IMG/VR virus record: IMGVR_UViG_3300045988_037151
Location: 1 to 44,018 of that record
Reading direction: 5' to 3' (one strand)
DNA from: a virus
DNA length: 44,018 nt
Below, one piece after another: positions 7,739-13,510 of this stretch. Position numbers and translations under genes: made by a program. The first letter of the stretch is position 1; every line of letters begins with the position of its first letter. The notes beneath the pieces are model-generated. The model was not told where the DNA came from. It did no database searches and saw only the letters and a list, made by a program, of their open reading frames with translations.

Positions 7739-8161
7739 TCAGCTTACGCGCTCGACAATCAGATTGCTGTTGGCAAAGCTGACGGCCTGAGTGCTGGTGT
7801 TTTCGGCGGCAATGGTCACGCAGCAGCCACGCGGAACTTCTACGAAGGCCGCTACATAGATGTTCCAGTAATTTTCCACAGCGGCAGGAGTCACGGTAGC
7901 AGTTGCGCTGGTCAGCGGCTCACCATTGATTGCAAGAGCGGCGGTGATTGCCTCCACCGTGCCACCCGTGGGGATGGCAACATTCGCGCCGAAGGAGACC
8001 TTAAAACGTGCTTTGCACTGGTTAGTCAGTCCACGCAGTGTGACGATGCCGGCGCCTTCACGATGCACGATGCAGGGCTTGCCCGCAACGGCGGTTTCGG
8101 GCAGAGGCACATTCTGCCCGGCGGCAACAGACGTAATATTGGAGTTTGTGTATTCAGCCAT
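7739..8161 (-). CDS. Beta-rich small protein; possibly a BclA C-terminal (C1q/TNF-like) domain
   Basis: 140 aa. The order NVPLPETAV...GIVTLRG...ARFKVSF...LAINGEPL...NSNLIVERVS parallels the B. anthracis BclA C-terminal domain as I recall it (PVPFNTV...YKITV...IQVNGVPV...SASIIIEKVA). No collagen-like repeats are present. Confidence 0.4.
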   Translation of the reverse strand: MAEYTNSNITSVAAGQNVPLPETAVAGKPCIVHREGAGIVTLRGLTNQCKARFKVSFGANVAIPTGGTVEAITAALAINGEPLTSATATVTPAAVENYWNIYVAAFVEVPRGCCVTIAAENTSTQAVSFANSNLIVERVS

Positions 8162-8176
8162 TTTCTCAGTCCTTTC

Positions 8177-8205
8177 AAAAAACGGCGGGGCATATCACCC
8201 CGCCG
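8177..8205 (-). terminator. Intrinsic terminator/attenuator inside the cargo cassette
   Basis: cggcgggg (8183..8190) pairs with ccccgccg (8198..8205) around a 7-nt loop. On the minus strand this is followed by TTTTTT (8182..8177). It sits 16 nt upstream of the ATG at 8161. Confidence 0.55.
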
Positions 8206-8271
8206 CAAAATCTCAGTATCAACACGGGGTTGACCATCCGAGGATTTCTCGGAAGCTGATGTGTTCGGTTG

Positions 8272-9024
8272 TCAGCAGGAGGCGCAGCACCCCAGAGCCG
8301 CGTTACTAGCCCACGGGTTACAGGACTGGTAGGCAGGGATAGGGGTAGGTCTAAGGGTGGTGACCAGATAGTTGTTCTGCGCCGCCTGAGACGCAGCCAG
8401 CTGGGCGGCGAAGAGCTGCTGATTCTGCTCGGCAATCTTCGCATCCTTCTGGGCAATCTCCTGAGCGGTCAAGCGCTGTTCGATGCCCCGGAAACCGGCG
8501 TTCATGCTGTCGATGATGTCGCGGGTGGTATTCTGCACGGTGTTGCGGGTATCACAAGCCTGAGTGGCCATGTCATACCGCACCTGAGCGATTGCCGCCC
8601 GGTTTTCGCAGCAGCACTCCTGCGCCTGCATCTGCATCTGGGACAGCTGCTGCATCAATGCAGCCTGCTGGTTTGCGCGGGACAGTTCAGCGGACATAAA
8701 GCCATTGCTCATGCTCTGCTGGACGCCGTTGACCAACTGCGCCTGCTGGTAAAAACCGTCGCACAGACCGTTGTTCACTACGTCGATTTTGCGCTCAATA
8801 TTGGCAAAGTCAGAGGTGAGAATGTATCCATCGACAGCGCCAGAACCATTGCCGCCGAAGCCACTATTGCCCCAGTTTCCGCCCCAACCGCAAAACACGA
8901 ACAAGAACAGGATAATAATCCACCATGCACCGTCTCCGCCCCAGCCGAAGCCATTACCATTGCCAGTGTTGGCAGGCTGAACCGGCATTGTCATCACAGT
9001 GCCGCTATCGGAATTAAGACTCAT
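8272..9024 (-). CDS. Gly/Trp-rich membrane protein with a Q-rich coiled region and a Cys-rich C-terminus (cargo cassette E)
   Basis: 250 aa. The N-terminal segment GNGNGFGWGGDGAWWIIILFLFVFCGWGGNWGNSGFGGNG has YjcZ-like composition. The middle is Q-rich and contains ECCCEN. The end is LRPTPIPAYQSCNPWASNAALGCCASC. Confidence 0.55.
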   Translation of the reverse strand: MSLNSDSGTVMTMPVQPANTGNGNGFGWGGDGAWWIIILFLFVFCGWGGNWGNSGFGGNGSGAVDGYILTSDFANIERKIDVVNNGLCDGFYQQAQLVNGVQQSMSNGFMSAELSRANQQAALMQQLSQMQMQAQECCCENRAAIAQVRYDMATQACDTRNTVQNTTRDIIDSMNAGFRGIEQRLTAQEIAQKDAKIAEQNQQLFAAQLAASQAAQNNYLVTTLRPTPIPAYQSCNPWASNAALGCCASC

Positions 9025-9072
9025 TGAAAGACTCCTCTCGTTTGATTTTATTTGTAATTTGCGGCCACAAAT

Positions 9073-9255
9073 TTACATCAAATTCTGAAACATTTTCGCC
9101 ATTTGCTGAAGCTGGTTTAGCTGTTGCTGGCTCATCTTGCCGGACTGGAGCAGCTTTTCCACCTCGGCTTTCGGGTCGCCCTGAAACGATTGCTTAAACT
9201 GCTGAAACTGGTTCATCATCTGCTGAAACTGCATCATCGGGTTCCCGTTAAACAT
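9073..9255 (-). CDS. Small Q/M/F-rich protein (cargo cassette D)
   Basis: 60 aa: MFNGNPMMQFQQMMNQFQQFKQSFQGDPKAEVEKLLQSGKMSQQQLNQLQQMAKMFQNLM. Confidence 0.5.
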   Translation of the reverse strand: MFNGNPMMQFQQMMNQFQQFKQSFQGDPKAEVEKLLQSGKMSQQQLNQLQQMAKMFQNLM

Positions 9256-9679
9256 CTGGCTCTGCCTCCTTTGCCCTTCTTGTAGGCTTTTGCTCCAATT
9301 TGTTCACCTTTTGTACGAGTCCGTCAAACTCGTCCCGGGTAATGTATTCCGGCGTAACCTGTGGAGCTGTCGGTTCGTCATCGTCCGTGTAAGACATGGT
9401 TTTCATCGGGTAAGGAGATCCATTCATATCACGGCTTTTCCAGAAAAACTTATGTCCAGCTCTCCACCAAAGGAGGACGGATGCACCGGCAGCGACAAGA
9501 TAGCCTGTTGCCTCGTTCTCACTGCCGACCTCGACCACATTGATTTGCTGCGTAGGTTGTGCCATGTTCTGCTGCTGTGCAGGCTGTGTCATCGCGGTGT
9601 TAGGCTGATTCATCATCGGCTGGAACTGCATCTGCGGATAATAGGGGTTTCCGTACATATAGGGGTTATAGGCCATCAC
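9248..9679 (-). CDS. P/Q/M/Y-rich N-terminus plus a small globular domain (cargo cassette C)
   Basis: 143 aa. It starts MMAYNPYMYGNPYYPQMQFQPMMNQPN..., continues VVEVGSENEATGYLVAAGASVLLWWRAGHKFFWKSRDMNGSPYPMKT, and overlaps both neighbouring genes. Confidence 0.55.
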   Translation of the reverse strand: MMAYNPYMYGNPYYPQMQFQPMMNQPNTAMTQPAQQQNMAQPTQQINVVEVGSENEATGYLVAAGASVLLWWRAGHKFFWKSRDMNGSPYPMKTMSYTDDDEPTAPQVTPEYITRDEFDGLVQKVNKLEQKPTRRAKEAEPDV

Positions 9680-10064
9680 TGCTCATTCCTTTCCTAGTTT
9701 CCCAGTAATACAATGGGACTTCGCCGCTGGAATCCCAGCTGTCCCATAAATCGCCCTCTGACACACAGGCGACGTGGCCGGACAGGGCGAGGATATATGT
9801 CCCGCGTGGGTGATCCGTGGCAAAATCGGCCACGGTGTAGCAGTCCGGGCAGGTGTCCGGGATTATGTGCCGCGTCCAACCCTGCTGCCTGAGATATGCG
9901 CCCCACACGGCGTTCGCGCTGGGTAGGTCGCCCATCAAGTAGCCTTGCAGGGCAAGGGCGGTATATATCTCCTCCCAGCTGCGCCCAAGCCCTTTTGTTA
10001 ACGCCCTTACAGTGCAGTCACCCACGTTCTTCCCGGTGGGGTTCGGGTTATAGGGCCGGAACAC
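9666..10064 (-). CDS. Putative papain-fold Cys/His peptidase- or amidase-like protein (cargo cassette B)
   Basis: I chose the GTG at 10064 because GAGGGA lies 7 nt upstream. The product contains NVGDCTVRAL (Cys), SGHVACV (His) and DSWDSS (Asp), the order seen in NlpC/P60 and C39-like folds. The fold assignment is inference. Confidence 0.45.
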   Translation of the reverse strand: MFRPYNPNPTGKNVGDCTVRALTKGLGRSWEEIYTALALQGYLMGDLPSANAVWGAYLRQQGWTRHIIPDTCPDCYTVADFATDHPRGTYILALSGHVACVSEGDLWDSWDSSGEVPLYYWETRKGMSSDGL

Positions 10065-10197
10065 GTTTCCGTCCCTCGATCTCTGCAATGTATTTTTCAA
10101 GGGCGTTATCATCGCCCTGCAACTTATACCATTCGATGATCTCTGCCGCTTCCCATACGGGGACACCGGCGCGAATCAGCCGTTCAAACGCTTTCAT
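10048..10197 (-). CDS. Hypothetical small protein (cargo cassette A)
   Basis: ATG at 10197 preceded by AAGGAG. 49 aa: MKAFERLIRAGVPVWEAAEIIEWYKLQGDDNALEKYIAEIEGRKRVPAL. Confidence 0.45.
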   Translation of the reverse strand: MKAFERLIRAGVPVWEAAEIIEWYKLQGDDNALEKYIAEIEGRKRVPAL

Positions 10198-10271
10198 CTG
10201 ACTTCTCCTTTCCCTCTCATTATCCGGCATTTCAGGGGAGCGTTTCGGCGGCAAAGCGGATGAAAAGCGGC

Positions 10272-10346
10272 AAAAAAATAACCCCCTCGATTTCGAGGGG
10301 GTAAAAAAATAAACCCGCCAAATCCGTTTTTATCGGATTCAGCGGG
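10272..10346 (-). terminator. Two tandem intrinsic terminators separating the HTH module from the cargo cassette
   Basis: Hairpin 1: ccccctcga (10282..10290) pairs with tcgaggggg (10293..10301) and is followed on the minus strand by a T-run (10278..10272). Hairpin 2: cccgc..aatccg (10314..10326) pairs with cggatt..gcggg (10334..10346) and is followed by a T-rich run (10313..10303). Confidence 0.65.
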
Positions 10347-10359
10347 TGAAAAGAAAATG

Positions 10360-10839
10360 TTACAGGAACAAATCCTGCGGGGCTACTCCTAGCCCTTCGG
10401 CCAGCGCCATTAGATTTTTTGCGGTGATATTCTCAATATTGATTTCGCCCTGCTCGAGTTTCGTGATTTGGCGGATGTTGACGCCGGTTTTAGCGGAAAG
10501 CTCTTGCAGCGTGAGGCCGCGCTGGTTCCTGATTTCGCGGACATTATTGTTTTTATATCGCCATTTCAGCGCGGTGGTATGGTCTGTCCCGTCGTGCCAG
10601 ACGAGAACGGGGTTATCGGAAACCGCTTTGATACAGTCGCCAACAAGATAAACCGTCCCGTCCGGGCTTTCGACCAAAGTCTCTCCGAGCGCATTTTTGT
10701 ACGCTTCCCAACCTTTGGGGAGGTCTACCTCAATCAGCTCATACGGGTTTTCAGGCGGGCAGCATTCTGCATCGGCGTATACCGGTTGCAGTTCATGCCC
10801 TAGCGTCCCGTAGATTCGATACAGCTGGATGGATTTCAT
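10360..10839 (-). CDS. Two-domain protein: unknown N-terminal domain plus a C-terminal XRE HTH
   Basis: ATG at 10839 in an ATGA overlap with the upstream stop. The C-terminus IRNQRGLTLQELSAKTGVNIRQITKLEQGE is an XRE HTH. Confidence 0.65.
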   Translation of the reverse strand: MKSIQLYRIYGTLGHELQPVYADAECCPPENPYELIEVDLPKGWEAYKNALGETLVESPDGTVYLVGDCIKAVSDNPVLVWHDGTDHTTALKWRYKNNNVREIRNQRGLTLQELSAKTGVNIRQITKLEQGEINIENITAKNLMALAEGLGVAPQDLFL

Positions 10840-11171
10840 TTTTTCTCTCCTTCTGCGCGTTTGCGCTCTCTGCATTGCCTAATCTTGATAGCGTTATATG
10901 TTTTGTTCGCGGTGAGATAACTGCCCTTTTGATAGGGCGTGTTGACCGAAACGGAGGAGCTGGAAACTCCGAGTAGCTCCGCTATATCTTTGAGCGGCAT
11001 TCCTGCCGCACGGAGTTCCGTGATCCTGCGGGTCGTTGCAGTCTCCACAACGCCCGCGCCGATCAGGTGCTTACGCACAACGCCTTCGGAGATTCCCAAT
11101 TCCCGCGCAGTTGCCTTGATTGATTTTCGCCTATTGTAGGCGCTCAATACCAGTTGCTCATTGATTTCCAT
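10836..11171 (-). CDS. Double-HTH DNA-binding protein
   Basis: 111 aa. SIKATARELGISEGVVRKHL and MPLKDIAELLGVSSSSV are both HTH-like. The tail is basic. Confidence 0.5.
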   Translation of the reverse strand: MEINEQLVLSAYNRRKSIKATARELGISEGVVRKHLIGAGVVETATTRRITELRAAGMPLKDIAELLGVSSSSVSVNTPYQKGSYLTANKTYNAIKIRQCRERKRAEGEKK

Positions 11172-11191
11172 TTTTGCCCCTCACTTCCGCA

Positions 11192-11707
11192 TCAATCGAA
11201 TTTTGTGGAAATCTGACCGACGTTCCACAAGATGAGAGACACAGGCTCGGACGTTTCCGAGTTGACCATGCAGCCATGTTCGGCGCTGAACACCGCCCCA
11301 GCTAGGTGGATGTCTCTTGCCTCTCTGCGTGCGGAATCTTCGCACATACGGCGGAATTTGTCGATGATGATGGATGCATCATGCAACTTTTCATTGTTAA
11401 TGATCTGATGGGTGATATACTTTCGCAGCTCGAGCAGGTCGGATTCGGTATAATCCTTAGTATTCCGGGAAATCAGGGTGGTTCCATCTTTCTTGACCCG
11501 CTTCAAAACCTTGCCGTCGCGGTGGGAATAGATGTTGTAGGCCGTAAACTCGATTACACGGTAATAGTTGGCGATCAAGTCTCTCGCATAAGCAATTTGC
11601 TTTTCCGTGCCAGTCAGTCCGAGCGTAGCCACATCTTCGGGGACATAGCTAATTCCCATGTCCGGCGCGGGGGCATCGTTGATATAATTGCAAATCTGTG
11701 TGGTCAT
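11192..11707 (-). CDS. Hypothetical protein, first gene of the operator-controlled module
   Basis: ATG at 11707 preceded by GGGAGG. 171 aa starting MTTQICNYINDAPAPDMG...LTGTEKQIAYARDLI... No domain recognised. Confidence 0.55.
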   Translation of the reverse strand: MTTQICNYINDAPAPDMGISYVPEDVATLGLTGTEKQIAYARDLIANYYRVIEFTAYNIYSHRDGKVLKRVKKDGTTLISRNTKDYTESDLLELRKYITHQIINNEKLHDASIIIDKFRRMCEDSARREARDIHLAGAVFSAEHGCMVNSETSEPVSLILWNVGQISTKFD

Positions 11708-11737
11708 AATCGTAGCCTCCCTTGTTTTGTTGTCTAT

Positions 11738-11787
11738 ATTATAAGCCAATATTGGCACATCGTAAAGTGTAATTTGCCAATATTGGC
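11738..11787 (-). promoter_or_regulatory. Promoter with two perfect 12-bp palindromic operators GCCAATATTGGC
   Basis: On the minus strand: TTTACG (11766..11761), 17 nt, TATAAT (11743..11738). The palindromes lie at 11745..11756 (inside the spacer) and 11776..11787 (upstream of the -35), 31 bp centre to centre. Confidence 0.6.
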
Positions 11788-11824
11788 AAAAAAATAAAGG
11801 GCGGCAAGCCGAAGCTCACCGCCC
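11788..11824 (-). terminator. Intrinsic terminator after the lysis operon
   Basis: gggcgg (11799..11804) pairs with ccgccc (11819..11824), followed on the minus strand by tttattttttt (11798..11788). It lies 13 nt after the stop at 11837. Confidence 0.65.
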
Positions 11825-11836
11825 AAAAGGAGAAAA

Positions 11837-12139
11837 CTAAATTAAATTTGTTAAGATAGGCATTGCGTCATCGATTTTTGCCCGAATGGTGCGCTCGGAA
11901 TAGCCAACCCAGTCGGCAATCGTGGCATAATCCTGATGCTTGCAAAAGCGCCTGTGCAAGATGTCCTTTGTGACGTCATCCAGGTTCGCGGACTCAATCA
12001 GCTCTGCTAGGTCATAAGACCGTGCAATCCGTTTCAGGCGGCGTTTTACGTCCGCCGGATTAGGATCAAGTTCGTTCAGCGCGTCCAGCAGGATGCGGAT
12101 GATTTTAAGCCGGGTTTCGGCCAGAACAGCGTCGGTCAT
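11837..12139 (-). CDS. Small HTH / sigma region-4-like protein downstream of the endolysin
   Basis: 100 aa. DYATIADWVGYSERTIRAKIDDA resembles a sigma-70 region 4/DUF1492-type HTH. The start overlaps the endolysin stop. Confidence 0.4.
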   Translation of the reverse strand: MTDAVLAETRLKIIRILLDALNELDPNPADVKRRLKRIARSYDLAELIESANLDDVTKDILHRRFCKHQDYATIADWVGYSERTIRAKIDDAMPILTNLI

Positions 12140-13044
12140 GCGTTAAGCCAGCGCTGAAGCGCTTCTGCGGATTCTGCACCGAATACGCCATCAACGGAGC
12201 AGGGGAACCCCTCGCTGCGCAAGAAAGACTGCAACGATCTTGCCGTACCTTTTCCCAATGACCCGTCAACAGATGCACCTACCGCAGATTGCATTGCGGC
12301 CACAAACTGAGACTTGCCGCCAGTCCAGCCACAGGCAGAGTCACAAATCGCAGGCCAATACTTTTTGCGGGATGCGGGCTGACCGGAAATATAGCCGTCA
12401 ACAGGAGTCCCAAGAAGCCGCTGAAATGCCTTAATTGTTTCCGCACCAATTTCTCCGTCTACGGTCAGCTTGCCAGACTGTGGATCAACAGGCGCGGCCT
12501 GAGTTGTAGTTTCGGCAGCATTGCCCGTATCTGCTGCGGTCTGGCCGGTGATACCCCGCACAATGGCGGCGGCCATTTTGTTGGCTTCAAAGCGCTGCGC
12601 ATCCGCGACGGAGTCCACAAAGCAGCACTCCACCAGCAGCGCGGGGGCGGTGGTGCGGCGGAGCACATAGAGGTTCTTGCGCTCCTTCACGCCGCGATTG
12701 CGATAGCCAAGCTCGGCGATAGCCGCGCAGATTTTGGCGGCATAGCCCGCCGCAACGCCGGTGTCGGAGTACACCAGCACCTCGGTTCCGGTGCCGCCGC
12801 CAGCGTTAAAGTGGATGCTGACATTCAGGTCTACATCGCGGGCGTTGCACTCGTGGACGATGTTGGCCAGGTTCTGACCCTGAGTGTGGCCGGAGTCGTC
12901 GGTGCAGTCATAGACGGTGTGCCCCAGCGCCCGGAGCTTGGCGATGACCTGCGCGGTGACGGCTCTGTCCTCGGTCACCTCATCCAGATACCCGGACGCA
13001 CCGGGGACAATGCGGTTGTGACCGCCATGTACGTTGATAACCAT
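12136..13044 (-). CDS. Endolysin: N-acetylmuramoyl-L-alanine amidase (Amidase_3) with C-terminal peptidoglycan-binding repeats
   Basis: 302 aa with VINVHGGHN...SIHFNAGGGTGTEV...YVLRRTTAPALLVECCFVDS. The C-terminus has two PG_binding_1-like repeats (GAETIKAFQRLLGTPVDGYISG and GAESAEALQRWLNA). Confidence 0.9.
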   Translation of the reverse strand: MVINVHGGHNRIVPGASGYLDEVTEDRAVTAQVIAKLRALGHTVYDCTDDSGHTQGQNLANIVHECNARDVDLNVSIHFNAGGGTGTEVLVYSDTGVAAGYAAKICAAIAELGYRNRGVKERKNLYVLRRTTAPALLVECCFVDSVADAQRFEANKMAAAIVRGITGQTAADTGNAAETTTQAAPVDPQSGKLTVDGEIGAETIKAFQRLLGTPVDGYISGQPASRKKYWPAICDSACGWTGGKSQFVAAMQSAVGASVDGSLGKGTARSLQSFLRSEGFPCSVDGVFGAESAEALQRWLNA

Positions 13045-13065
13045 ATTCTTAGTTCCTCCTGATTC

Positions 13066-13281
13066 TTATTTGAGTTTGGGCAGCTTGTCCACCGGGATTT
13101 TTACATTTCCGACAATCTTGTCAAAGTACCCGGCGGGGAACTTGATGGTCGGCACCGTCACGCTGATCTTCGGCAGCGTCGGCAGCTTGGGCGGCTTGAG
13201 GGTGGGCGTGACGGCGGATGCACTGCCGACAAGGCAGGCCGCAAGGGCGGCGGTGACGATGAGATACTTGATCTTTTTCAT
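13066..13281 (-). CDS. Small secreted protein/lipoprotein
   Basis: 71 aa. The signal peptide MKKIKYLIVTAALAAC has a lipobox-like LAAC. The remainder is P/K-rich. Confidence 0.5.
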   Translation of the reverse strand: MKKIKYLIVTAALAACLVGSASAVTPTLKPPKLPTLPKISVTVPTIKFPAGYFDKIVGNVKIPVDKLPKLK

Positions 13282-13505
13282 TTGGATTCCTCCTCTTCTT
13301 CTGCTGGCGCGGATGCGGCGTCCAGCGCGTCGTAATATGCCTGTGCCAACGCCTCGATCTCGGCGATGTCGCCCTCCGTCAGTAGGCCACTGTCCAGATG
13401 GGTATACGCCTTATCCAGCCAATAGGCCACGTCACGTCCAGCGGCGATCTCCCGCTTGATGGAGCGCAGGGTCAGGTCGTGCCGGGCTTTGGATTTAATT
13501 GCCAT
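13278..13505 (-). CDS. Hypothetical small acidic protein
   Basis: 75 aa, overlapping start and stop with neighbours, located between the tail fibre and lysis genes. Confidence 0.45.
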   Translation of the reverse strand: MAIKSKARHDLTLRSIKREIAAGRDVAYWLDKAYTHLDSGLLTEGDIAEIEALAQAYYDALDAASAPAEEEEESK

Positions 13506-13510
13506 AAGCC

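Noticed and set aside
9666-10166. The full 166-aa ORF (start 10166) for the Cys/His protein, or a frameshift fusion with 10048..10254.
   Set aside because: The N-terminal 34 codons overlap the upstream small gene and have no SD. The GTG at 10064 has GAGGGA 7 nt upstream. A fusion cannot be excluded, but nothing such as a slippery site supports it.
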